Source of the DNA: a virus | Length of the DNA: 64,000 nt | IMG/VR virus record: IMGVR_UViG_3300028831_000232 | Location: 27,244 to 91,243 of that record | Strand: one strand, 5' to 3' | The notes under the pieces: generated by a model | The model's input: the letters and a program-made list of their open reading frames with translations, nothing else | The model's database searches: none | What the model was told of the DNA's origin: nothing | In this document: in pieces, positions 53,260 to 61,390 of the stretch | How positions within the stretch are numbered: the first letter of the stretch is position 1 | Layout of the letters: every line of letters begins with the position of its first letter | Made by a program: the position numbers and the translations under genes

Positions 53260-53562
53260 TCATGTGGGGATGACCAGGAGAGTGATGGCCGAGATCATGC
53301 CGTTCTCGCCGTCGCCGGGGACCTCGGCAAAGCCGGGCCGGAACACGAGATCGATGCCTCGGGTGGCGACGTAGCCTCGGGCGATCACGCACGCCTTGAT
53401 GGCCTGGTTCACGGCCCCGGCGCCGATGGCCCGCAGGACGGGCCGGTTGCCGTCGTAGATGGCATGGCTCACCACCGCCGCCAATTCCTTGGCGTTGGCC
53501 GAGGCCGTTACGCGGAGGACTTCCTCGCCCGGCTTGAGGGCCGTAACTTCGGGACTTCCCAT
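53260..53562 (-). CDS. spoVS: SpoVS-like (Alba-fold) protein
   Basis: LRV...ELAAVVS...RAIGAGAVNQAIKA...ARG. Confidence 0.85.
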   Translation of the reverse strand: MGSPEVTALKPGEEVLRVTASANAKELAAVVSHAIYDGNRPVLRAIGAGAVNQAIKACVIARGYVATRGIDLVFRPGFAEVPGDGENGMISAITLLVIPT

Positions 53563-54080
53563 TCGGCATGCACCTTTAGTTTCGCCAGTACGGCCTTCTC
53601 ATACTCGAATCGTGCTCCGAGCATGAGGCTAGCCGACATCTGGGCAAGCCCATAGGCATCCGCCTGGTTGTCGTCGTTGAAGTCCATCCCCCATTTCTTC
53701 AATACGGCCTTGAGCATCAAATTCTTCTGGGCATTTCCCGGCAGGCCGCAGAACATCTTCAATTGCTGGGTGGTGGGGATGGTGGGATAGGCCAGCTGGT
53801 TCTCGACGCCGTAGAGGTCGAGCAGCGCCAGCTTCACCATTCCCCCGCACTCCCCCAGGACGTGACCCATCTGCCGGCTGTAGGCGTAGCCCTCCATCAC
53901 GATGTGAGCCGGCTCGGTCATGTTCTCCAGCCAGGCCGACAGCGCCTCTCGCAGCTCCCACAGTCGGCGGGGGCCGTGCGTCTTGGGCTTCACCGTCAGC
54001 AGGAGCGGGTCCTGATCGTCCGGGCCTTTGATGGCCGCAGCGGCGAAATTGGTTAACGACTGGTCGATGCCGACGTACAT
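53508..54080 (-). CDS. ruvC: RuvC-like Holliday junction resolvase
   Basis: VGIDQSL, VMEGY, LGECGG, DNQADA. Confidence 0.85.
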   Translation of the reverse strand: MYVGIDQSLTNFAAAAIKGPDDQDPLLLTVKPKTHGPRRLWELREALSAWLENMTEPAHIVMEGYAYSRQMGHVLGECGGMVKLALLDLYGVENQLAYPTIPTTQQLKMFCGLPGNAQKNLMLKAVLKKWGMDFNDDNQADAYGLAQMSASLMLGARFEYEKAVLAKLKVHAEWEVPKLRPSSRARKSSA

Positions 54081-54205
54081 CGGTACCTCTCTTGGAACCG
54101 CTGATGTGCTTTGGAGCCGGTACGGCTCAGCTTGGTGAGCCGGGGCCAGTCCACCCACAGCGAGCGCAGGTAATTGTCGGTCCACAGCGTGAGCTTGAAC
54201 CCCAT
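54053..54205 (-). CDS. Hypothetical protein
   Basis: 50 aa basic ORF. Confidence 0.4.
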   Translation of the reverse strand: MGFKLTLWTDNYLRSLWVDWPRLTKLSRTGSKAHQRFQERYRCTSASTSR

Positions 54206-54230
54206 GCCACCACGCTTGTCGAGCGTGAGC

Positions 54231-54827
54231 CTAAACACGGCCCAGCTCCGACAGTGCCTTCGCCACCTTGGCCGGCAGATCGGCCAGCGTCCCGTCGTTG
54301 ATAATGAAGCCGTCGTAGAGGCCATCGCCGTCATCGGTGAGCTGGTTCTCACTGATGTGCTTCGCCTCGGCCTCCGACAACGGTTCGAGGTCCGGCCGGA
54401 TCACCCGGAACACGAACCCGCCCCGCTTCTGGATGGCCCGCAATTCATTGACGAAGCGCACGTCGGTGATGACGATGTTCTTCTGCCGGGCAACGGCGAA
54501 GAGCTGCTTGATCCACAGCTCCTCGTCCAGCGTCTCCCGGCCCATCTCGGTGCCGATGCGCTGGTAGAGGCGGCGCACCTCGGGATGCTTCTTCGCCTGC
54601 TCCGGGCCGACCTCGCTGATGAGGTCGGAGAGCCGGACGTACACGAAGGCCGTCGAACCTTCCTGACAATTCAGGTGTCGCACGTCCACAATGGGGTCGA
54701 TGGCGAGGGCGCACTGCTTCATCTTGGTGGCGAGGGCGTGCCGGCGGCAGCGATAGGGGTCGGCCATGAAGACCTCACCGACTGCGTCCTTGCCGGCGCC
54801 GGCTCGGCCACTGATCCCGACGAGCAT
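54231..54827 (-). CDS. Deoxynucleoside monophosphate kinase
   Basis: GISGRAGAGKD, RRLYQRIGTE.GR, ITDVRF.NE, HISE. Confidence 0.9.
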   Translation of the reverse strand: MLVGISGRAGAGKDAVGEVFMADPYRCRRHALATKMKQCALAIDPIVDVRHLNCQEGSTAFVYVRLSDLISEVGPEQAKKHPEVRRLYQRIGTEMGRETLDEELWIKQLFAVARQKNIVITDVRFVNELRAIQKRGGFVFRVIRPDLEPLSEAEAKHISENQLTDDGDGLYDGFIINDGTLADLPAKVAKALSELGRV

Positions 54828-54985
54828 CAGACCCCCTCGCATTGGTCGCAGACGTAGGCATCGTGGTACTCGCTGTAGTGGATGGTGTCGCCTTCGAGGA
54901 TGTCGTCACTGCACTCCGGGCACACCGAGTCGTACTGGGCCTTGATCGACGGCCGCTCGGCCGGCCAGCCGCTCTTCACGCTCAT
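54827..54985 (-). CDS. Small zinc-finger protein
   Basis: AQYDSVCPEC...GDTI...CDQC. Confidence 0.65.
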   Translation of the reverse strand: MSVKSGWPAERPSIKAQYDSVCPECSDDILEGDTIHYSEYHDAYVCDQCEGV

Positions 54986-55347
54986 TGCTGCCACTCCTTG
55001 ACCGGGACCGGATCCGACTGCAGCTCGAACAACGGTGTCGGTGGGCGAATCAGGGCCTGGATGAGTATGTCCACCCGAGTCTGCTCCCGCTCCAGCGTCT
55101 TCGCCACGATGTCGAGTGCATCGACGCGCAGGTGGGTGTTCTCCAACAGTGCATCCCTGAACGCCTCCCAGATAGGCCGGCTCATCTCCAGCGCCGGGCG
55201 GATGGTGTCGGGTATCGCCATGTTGTGGCCGACGATCTCCTGGCGCCACGTCATGTACTTGTCGTCGCCCTCGTAGCCGGTGGGCCACATGAACACCCGG
55301 CCGCCTGGCTCGTCGTTGAAGAGCCAGACCTTGACGCTGTTGCTCAT
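54982..55347 (-). CDS. Hypothetical protein
   Basis: MSNSVKVWL... Confidence 0.6.
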   Translation of the reverse strand: MSNSVKVWLFNDEPGGRVFMWPTGYEGDDKYMTWRQEIVGHNMAIPDTIRPALEMSRPIWEAFRDALLENTHLRVDALDIVAKTLEREQTRVDILIQALIRPPTPLFELQSDPVPVKEWQQ

Positions 55348-55370
55348 CGGGTCGGACTCGATGTGCGCCT

Positions 55371-55829
55371 TCACAGGTACGGCTCGATGTCGTATTCCCA
55401 CACCAGCCGGCCCCAGGGCGTCATGGCCCAGGCCATCCCGCTGGCGTTCTCGGTGGGACGATGTACGTCGGGCAGCGCCTTCACCCAGCCCCGTTCCTCC
55501 AGCTCCTTGCGCCGGCTCGCCACGTCGTTCTTGTGGATCCCGGTGCGGCGATGCACCTCGTAGTCAAGCCGGCCCTTCTTGTCATTGGCCGAAGCGATGC
55601 AGGCCAGCACCCGCCACCGCTGACCCTCCGAGAACTGAGCGATGAAATTGGCTGCCTCGGCCTCGGTGGCCCAGGGCCGGCGCCGTAACCAGGCATCATT
55701 CCCAGCTGGTGTCTCGACCATCTTGCGAGCCAGCGGCAGCGTGAGGGTGGCGTCAGGGTGCAGGCGCTTCACCCGGCGCTCGGTGACCGGACACCGGCAG
55801 TCCGGGCAGCTGTGCTTGTAGCGCTTCAT
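55371..55829 (-). CDS. Winged-helix DNA-binding protein
   Basis: DYEV...GIHKNDVASRRKELEERGWV. Confidence 0.65.
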   Translation of the reverse strand: MKRYKHSCPDCRCPVTERRVKRLHPDATLTLPLARKMVETPAGNDAWLRRRPWATEAEAANFIAQFSEGQRWRVLACIASANDKKGRLDYEVHRRTGIHKNDVASRRKELEERGWVKALPDVHRPTENASGMAWAMTPWGRLVWEYDIEPYL

Positions 55830-56338
55830 GGCGTCCAGCGGCTCGCCCGACGGTCATGATCCTCACGCCGGCCGACACGGCGGGTCAGCTCCCGGCTCAC
55901 CACGGCGGCGTCGCGCTCGGTGGAGGCATAGAGCGTGGCGATCATCTTCCGGTAGGCCACGGCGGTGTGGTAGATGTCCTGGCGCTCTTCGACTTCGGGG
56001 TCGATGTCGCGCTGAGCCTTCGCCACCGTGATGCGGTCGTCCCTGGTCCCGCCCCAGTCCCGCAGCAGCACCAGGCTCTGGGCCTTGCTGAGCACCGCCT
56101 CGGCGCAGCGCTCCTCGACTTCGGCCATCGCCACCGACACGCCCAGGTGGTCGGTCCAGCGGGTCAGGGCCACGAACAGGCCCATGAGCCGGTCGTCGGT
56201 CAGATCGGTGAGCTTAAGAGGCAGCTTGGGAATTTCGAAGGCCGGACGCGGCGGTAACCGGAATCCTTCGCTTTCGACTCGGGCCTTGGCCCGAGCTGCT
56301 TTCTCGGCCATTTCGAGAGCGAGATTGGAGGTCTTCAT
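55826..56338 (-). CDS. Coiled-coil replication/recombination accessory protein
   Basis: LTDLTDDRLM.LF...VSRELTRR; follows the exonuclease. Confidence 0.55.
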   Translation of the reverse strand: MKTSNLALEMAEKAARAKARVESEGFRLPPRPAFEIPKLPLKLTDLTDDRLMGLFVALTRWTDHLGVSVAMAEVEERCAEAVLSKAQSLVLLRDWGGTRDDRITVAKAQRDIDPEVEERQDIYHTAVAYRKMIATLYASTERDAAVVSRELTRRVGRREDHDRRASRWTP

Positions 56339-57566
56339 CAGCCGCCTCGTTCGCGTAGGGGTCCCAACAGGTTTCCGAATAAGAGCACGATTTGCAGGTG
56401 GGGCTGTCGATGCCCTCGGCCCATTCCGGCCGGCGGGGCGGCTTGCCCGAGTCCAGGGCGTACCGGATGTCGAGGCAGGCGTCGAGGAGATCCGCCACCA
56501 GCTCGGGCTGGTACCGCACCCGGAATTCCTTCACCTGCTGGTTCCATTTCGATTCGTAGACGAACACCATGACCTTGCGACCGGAGATGGCGAGGTAGAT
56601 CATCCCCTGGCGCATGTGGGTGGGGAAGGGCCGCTTGATGTCCCGCCAGATGCCCTCGTAGTCCACCACCGCCTTCTCGGACCCGTCGTCCTCCTTCACC
56701 TTGTAGGTGTGCTTGCCGAGGAGCTTGGGCGCCTCGAAGCGCAGCGTGCCGATGCCGATGCTCTTGACCTCCAGCAGCGGGCAGAGCGCTTCGTCGTCCT
56801 CGTCAGCGATGTCGCCGTCGGCGTGGCCGGCGATCAGGTGCTTGTCGGAGCGGACGGGCACCTCCCGGTACGACAGGCAGCCCCGCTGGGCCTTGCACTT
56901 CGGGCAGCTGGCCGGGGCCGTGGCCCGCCAGCCGTGGCCGCAGGCGTTGCAGTGAAACCGGCCCCGGAGCAGGCCCATCTCCCACAGCCAGGTCTGCCAT
57001 TTGTTGTGGATCTCGTGGCCCTCTTGGAAGACGTTCTCCAGGGTGAAGCTGTGCCCGTCGCCCTCGGCGGCCGGCGCCCCGATGAGCCGGAAGAAGGTGT
57101 TGCGGGGGCACCAGTCGGTCTTGCACATCTCCGACGGGTGGATCACGTCGGTGGGCCGGTCCTCGGGCGGGCGGATCATCAGGTGGCGCTGAATGGCCCC
57201 CAGGATGCGTGTCTCGACCTTGGTGGTGTTGAGCACCTTGGCGAGGGGCGACTTCTTCACCGTGCGGATGACCCTCACCAGTGCCTCCTCCTTGCGCCGC
57301 AACCGCCGGATGGCGTTCCGGTCACGTTCCGAGCGCCCGCCCCATACCCCGAATTTCTCGTGATGCCTCAGTGCGTATTCCAGACAGTCCTGTTTGACAG
57401 GGCACGGCGGCCGACCATCGAGGCCATTGCAGATGGCCTTGGCCGCCTGCACTTCGGCTGTGGTGTCGCGGCCCTTGGCCTTGATGGGGAAGAAGAAATC
57501 GGGTCCAGCATTCCAGCTGTGGCACTTGGCCTGATCGCTCCATTCAGGACGGCCCCATTCGATCAC
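56214..57566 (-). CDS. whiB: WhiB domain fused in frame to a Cas4-like PD-(D/E)xK exonuclease
   Basis: W...AKC, FFFP, AKAIC...CPVKQDCLEYAL, GVWGG; then IHPSE..WCPR, GHADG, LEVKS, CKSC; no stop between; internal AAGGAGG-GTG at 57278. Confidence 0.8.
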   Translation of the reverse strand: MIEWGRPEWSDQAKCHSWNAGPDFFFPIKAKGRDTTAEVQAAKAICNGLDGRPPCPVKQDCLEYALRHHEKFGVWGGRSERDRNAIRRLRRKEEALVRVIRTVKKSPLAKVLNTTKVETRILGAIQRHLMIRPPEDRPTDVIHPSEMCKTDWCPRNTFFRLIGAPAAEGDGHSFTLENVFQEGHEIHNKWQTWLWEMGLLRGRFHCNACGHGWRATAPASCPKCKAQRGCLSYREVPVRSDKHLIAGHADGDIADEDDEALCPLLEVKSIGIGTLRFEAPKLLGKHTYKVKEDDGSEKAVVDYEGIWRDIKRPFPTHMRQGMIYLAISGRKVMVFVYESKWNQQVKEFRVRYQPELVADLLDACLDIRYALDSGKPPRRPEWAEGIDSPTCKSCSYSETCWDPYANEAADEDLQSRSRNGRESSSGQGPSRKRRIPVTAASGLRNSQAAS

Positions 57567-57864
57567 CGAATAGCTCCAAAAAGTCGCCCCTTGGCAGGAC
57601 GACGTAATGATCTCCCGAGAGTTCCAGACAGAGGGCGGGGACTCGACCCTCAGCCACAGCTTCGTCGGTGATTTTCCGCAGGTCAACCTTCTTCATGGTG
57701 ATCTGCTCACCGCCTGTGTACTTGTTCTCGATCAGGAGGACCGGCGTCTTCACGTCGCCCTTGGCGAACCACTGGTTACCGCTTCCAGTTGTGACCCGGC
57801 CGCCGAAGCGCTTCGCCGTGTCCTTCTCCTGGCGCCGGCTGCGCTTCTGGCCCTCGGACCTCAC
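57544..57864 (-). CDS. Hjc-like PD-(D/E)xK nuclease
   Basis: RQEK..AKRFGG...GSG...KGDV...IENKYT. Confidence 0.75.
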   Translation of the reverse strand: MRSEGQKRSRRQEKDTAKRFGGRVTTGSGNQWFAKGDVKTPVLLIENKYTGGEQITMKKVDLRKITDEAVAEGRVPALCLELSGDHYVVLPRGDFLELFGDRMGPS

Positions 57865-58943
57865 TTCTTCGAGCGCGGCCGGCGCACCGTCCGCTTCACG
57901 CCGGGCGGCTCATGGTGGAAGAGCAGCTGCCGGACCTCGGCCTCCAGCTGGGCGATCAGCTCGGGGCGCTCCCGCAGGGCGGCCACCAGCGAGTCCACGC
58001 CCCGCCACTTCTCGTCGCCGTACTCGTACCAGCTCGACCTCCCCGAGTCGCCCCGGCGGATGAGCTGGTGGGCCTTGCCGACGGCCACGATCTCCTTGAC
58101 CCGGTCGAACTCGCCGGCCTTGAAGTGGCCGTCCTCGGAGTCGCAGAAGTAGAAGTCCACCACCGCCGAACGCTGCGGCGGCGCCGTCTTGTTCTTGATC
58201 GTGGTCATCTTGATCGTCTGGCCGATGCGGAGGTCCCCCTCCTCGATCCAGTCGTCGCGCTTGACCTCGACGCGGATGGAGTAGAAGAAGTTCTTGCCCC
58301 GGCCGCCCGGCGTGGTGCGGGGGTCGCCCCGGATGACGCCAATGCGGTCGCGCCACTGGTTCACCATCAGGCCGAGCACCGGTCGCTGGTGCTCGGTCAT
58401 CGACCGCTTGCTGGCCGGCTGCTGCTTGCGGAAGAACTGGCCGGTGAGCAGAGCGCCCAGGCCCACGGCGATCTCGCCCATGTCGTTCTCGTCCTCGCGC
58501 TCGGGCACCAGCGCCGGCAGCGAGTCGATGACGATGCAGTCCACGCTGCGGGTGTCGAGGAATTCGATGCAGCTGCCGTAGACCGACTCCATGCCGTTGT
58601 CCTTCATGACCAGGACCCGGCTGTCGTCCACGCCCAGCTGGCGCGCCCAGCGCTTGTCCCAGCACTGCTCGGCGTCGAACCAGACGGCGCTCCACTCGGG
58701 GTCGCGGGCCTGGTTGATGGCGATGGTCTTCAGCGCCAGCAGCGTCTTGCCGGCGCTCTCGTAGCCGATGACCTCCACCCAGCGGTTGAGGGGCCAGCCG
58801 CCGCCCAGGGCGATGTCCACGGCCAGCGAGCCGCTCGGGCAGCGGGGGACCAGCTCCTGCTCGATCTCCGAGCCGAGGATGATCGTGCCCTCGCCCAGCT
58901 TCTTGTTGATCCGGGCGGCAATGGCGAGCAGGGACTTATCCAT
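57861..58943 (-). CDS. recA: RecA/UvsX-like recombinase
   Basis: GYESAGKT, VIDSLPAL, NQWR, TTPGGRGKNF, KNKTAPP. Confidence 0.95.
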   Translation of the reverse strand: MDKSLLAIAARINKKLGEGTIILGSEIEQELVPRCPSGSLAVDIALGGGWPLNRWVEVIGYESAGKTLLALKTIAINQARDPEWSAVWFDAEQCWDKRWARQLGVDDSRVLVMKDNGMESVYGSCIEFLDTRSVDCIVIDSLPALVPEREDENDMGEIAVGLGALLTGQFFRKQQPASKRSMTEHQRPVLGLMVNQWRDRIGVIRGDPRTTPGGRGKNFFYSIRVEVKRDDWIEEGDLRIGQTIKMTTIKNKTAPPQRSAVVDFYFCDSEDGHFKAGEFDRVKEIVAVGKAHQLIRRGDSGRSSWYEYGDEKWRGVDSLVAALRERPELIAQLEAEVRQLLFHHEPPGVKRTVRRPRSKK

Positions 58944-59037
58944 TGCTGCTCCGATACCAGTCGATGTAGCACTCGACGCATTTAACGTTGAGCGGGTGGC
59001 CGCTCTCGTCGGTGACGTGACCGCAGCCCCAAGTCAT
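58936..59037 (-). CDS. Small Cys/His peptide
   Basis: MTWGCGH...CVECY; ATGA coupled. Confidence 0.5.
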   Translation of the reverse strand: MTWGCGHVTDESGHPLNVKCVECYIDWYRSSNG

Positions 59038-59234
59038 CGCTTCTCGATCTTCTTGACGTGCCAGGCCATCTTGGAATTGGCCTTGTTGTTGGCCGCTGCC
59101 GCCTTCCATGCCGCCTCCTCGTTCTCGTACGTCTCGAACGGCACGGCCTTGCCGTGGAGCGGGTGGACGCCCATCAGGATGTACAGGTGCTCCTTCTCCT
59201 CGGGCGCCTTGGCCGGCTTACGCGGCGCAACCAC
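59034..59234 (-). CDS. Hypothetical protein
   Basis: VVAPRKPAK...FETYENEEAA. Confidence 0.55.
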   Translation of the reverse strand: MVAPRKPAKAPEEKEHLYILMGVHPLHGKAVPFETYENEEAAWKAAAANNKANSKMAWHVKKIEKR

Positions 59235-59463
59235 GGCCGGCCTCGTCCAGCTTGAAGGCGATCCAGTCCTCGTCCCCGACATCGAGCATGCGGAGCACCT
59301 CGGCCGCCAGCTCCCAGCTGCCGGGCGCCAGGAGGGCGCTGTGGCCGCTCAGGATGGCCGTGTAGGCGTCCGGGGCGTTGTCCACCGGGATGAGGCCAGA
59401 ACGCGCTCCAGCGGCCTCTGGCGGCCCCATGTAGAGCGTCGGCGTGATGGTGATCATGGTCAT
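59218..59463 (-). CDS. Hypothetical protein
   Basis: AGAGG RBS; 81 aa. Confidence 0.55.
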   Translation of the reverse strand: MTMITITPTLYMGPPEAAGARSGLIPVDNAPDAYTAILSGHSALLAPGSWELAAEVLRMLDVGDEDWIAFKLDEAGRGCAA

Positions 59464-60005
59464 TCCTCTGGCTCGACCCACCGGGCGGCGAACTGCTGGC
59501 CCATCAGCGCCGCCCGCAGAGCACGATGATGCCCGCTCCGCAGCCGGTGGGTGTACGGGGGAAGGTTCGGGCTGGTGTTCTTCACCGTCTCCACCAGCGG
59601 CAGCGTGTTGCTCCGCTCGTGGGTGTCAGCGAAGGTCGGACCACCCCGGTCGTAGGCCCGGCCGCCCTCGCCCATGTAGAAGGCCAGGCCCTGGTGGGTG
59701 ACGCTGGACTGCGTCGAGCTGACGATCCGGGGATCGACCATGACCGTGCGCTGACGGCCCAGTTCCGCCTGGACCCGCTCGATCTGCTCGGGCGGGTCGC
59801 CCTGGCGCGACCGGGGAGCGCTCGGCCAGGGGGCGACGGCCGTCGGCGCCGACCCCTCGGGGAAGACAGCGTGGATGTCCTTGGACCCGAACAGGCTGCG
59901 GATGCGGGAGCGGCCCTCGGCCTCCCAGCTCGTCTCGTGCTCGCCACCGGCAGCGCCCGCGTTGAAGTGGTCAATCCGGCTCTGGCGCTGCTCGTCCTCG
60001 GTCAC
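59460..60005 (-). CDS. ParB/Srx-like domain protein
   Basis: VDPRIVSSTQSSV, LPLV...SGHHR..A.L. Confidence 0.6.
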   Translation of the reverse strand: MTEDEQRQSRIDHFNAGAAGGEHETSWEAEGRSRIRSLFGSKDIHAVFPEGSAPTAVAPWPSAPRSRQGDPPEQIERVQAELGRQRTVMVDPRIVSSTQSSVTHQGLAFYMGEGGRAYDRGGPTFADTHERSNTLPLVETVKNTSPNLPPYTHRLRSGHHRALRAALMGQQFAARWVEPEE

Positions 60006-60244
60006 TTCTTCTTCGTGTCCTTGCCGATGTCGGGGTACTTGGCCTTGACCGCCGCCCGGACCCTGGCCTTCTCGGCCGAGGAGCCGTGCTGGGCGACGCG
60101 GGCCAGGGCGTTGCGGGCGTGCTTCTTGTCGGGGATCGGGTAATTCCCGCTCTCCTTCTTCTGGTCGGCCGTCTTGGCCTTGGACTTGATGGCGAATTCG
60201 CTCTTCGGCAGCTTGGCCCGCTTTTTCGGGGTGAGGTCAGCCAT
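60002..60244 (-). CDS. Small basic phage protein
   Basis: LT..KR.KLP.S.FA...YPIPDKKHARNALARV. Confidence 0.75.
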   Translation of the reverse strand: MADLTPKKRAKLPKSEFAIKSKAKTADQKKESGNYPIPDKKHARNALARVAQHGSSAEKARVRAAVKAKYPDIGKDTKKK

Positions 60245-60342
60245 TACTTCCTCCCGAGGGCATAGCCGATCAGCAACCCGATCAGGATGAGGATGACCAC
60301 GATGATGCCGATGGTCTTGGCGACGGCCCCGGCGATGATCAT
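60244..60342 (-). CDS. Small membrane protein
   Basis: MIIAGAVAKTIGIIVVILILIGLLIGYALGRK. Confidence 0.55.
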   Translation of the reverse strand: MIIAGAVAKTIGIIVVILILIGLLIGYALGRK

Positions 60343-60572
60343 CGCTTCACATATCCTTTGGCCGTGGACTGAGCGAGGCCCTTCTTATGAAGTTCGCCCA
60401 TGGCAGCACCCGCTCGCCGGATCTGCTGAGCATGAAGGATGACATCGCCGTGGAGTTTCTCAGCCATCGTCCGGCTGGTATGTGGCGTGTCGGAGAGATG
60501 GCCTAACACCTTGGTCTGGTAGGGAGTGAGCTTCGGCCGGCGATCATGGAAAACCTCAGTCTCCTCGGTCAC
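60339..60572 (-). CDS. Winged-helix-like protein
   Basis: LTPYQ..VL..L...AAMGELHKKGL. Confidence 0.5.
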   Translation of the reverse strand: MTEETEVFHDRRPKLTPYQTKVLGHLSDTPHTSRTMAEKLHGDVILHAQQIRRAGAAMGELHKKGLAQSTAKGYVKR

Positions 60573-60733
60573 CGCTTCTTCGCCGCCTTCTTCGCCATGG
60601 CCGACCGCTTGGCATGCGACGTGCCGGCGTTGGAGATCTTCGCCGCCTTCTCCTTGCTCATGCCCTTCTCCTTCAATTTCTCATAGACCTTCGGGCGAAG
60701 GATCGACGGGCCAGGGTCTTTTCCTTGCGGCAT
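60569..60733 (-). CDS. Small basic protein
   Basis: PSI..PKVYEKLKEKGMSKEKAAKISNA. Confidence 0.65.
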   Translation of the reverse strand: MPQGKDPGPSILRPKVYEKLKEKGMSKEKAAKISNAGTSHAKRSAMAKKAAKKR

Positions 60734-60982
60734 TTACGCCTCCCCTATCGGGATCTCACGAGCGTCGGGGTCGTAGAGGCAGATGGCCTTCACGCCCCAC
60801 ATCACCGTCTCCTCCAGGTGGGTACAGGCCAGGCTGCGCTCCCGGCTCTCGGGGATCAGCTCGAAGACGAGATCGACCAGCTCCTTGGCCTTCTCCCGCA
60901 CGATCTCGATCCGCCCGATGGCCTCGGGGCTGGGCCGGACGTTGGTCAGGCTGCGCTTCACGTCATCGGCCGTCGGCCCCAT
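60734..60982 (-). CDS. Acb2/Tad1-family cyclic-nucleotide sponge candidate
   Basis: REKAKEL...IPESRERSLACTHLEETVMW..KAI. Confidence 0.7.
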   Translation of the reverse strand: MGPTADDVKRSLTNVRPSPEAIGRIEIVREKAKELVDLVFELIPESRERSLACTHLEETVMWGVKAICLYDPDAREIPIGEA

Positions 60983-61390
60983 TTAATTGCCTCCGAAGAT
61001 GGTGAACAGGCCCCCGTTGTAGGAGCAGTTGAAGCACTGCGGTGCCGGCGGCACATGGCCGTTCTGCGTCACCTTGGAATTCTGGCGCAGGCTGAAGTAA
61101 TTCGTGCTGTTGCACTGCGGGCAGCGTTGCGTCTCTTCCCGATTTCCCTGGCCGCCCTTCAGGAAGCCGGGCGAGCGCCAATTCAGACGTTTGCCGCCCG
61201 GCACGGTGGGGTCCTCGATGAACGGCGCCTCGTTGACCTCCGGGCCGGCCCAGGCTGGCTGGGGAACAACCTGGGCCGGCGCCGGAACGTAGCCCGGCGC
61301 ATAGCCGGTGGGGGCGTAGGAGTGCTGCCCCACCGGCACCTCGGGCGCCTGGCCCAATTTCCTGGCCCACCAGCTGCTGGCGTCGCTCAT
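60983..61390 (-). CDS. Pro-rich protein with C-terminal zinc ribbon
   Basis: WWA.KL; CPQC.S.NY...CFNC. Confidence 0.7.
   Translation of the reverse strand: MSDASSWWARKLGQAPEVPVGQHSYAPTGYAPGYVPAPAQVVPQPAWAGPEVNEAPFIEDPTVPGGKRLNWRSPGFLKGGQGNREETQRCPQCNSTNYFSLRQNSKVTQNGHVPPAPQCFNCSYNGGLFTIFGGN

Noticed and set aside
56214-56340. 125-nt overlap of the exonuclease with the next gene (and 134 nt at 24138-24271) as programmed frameshifts
   Set aside because: No slippery site recognised; C-terminal run-on explains both.
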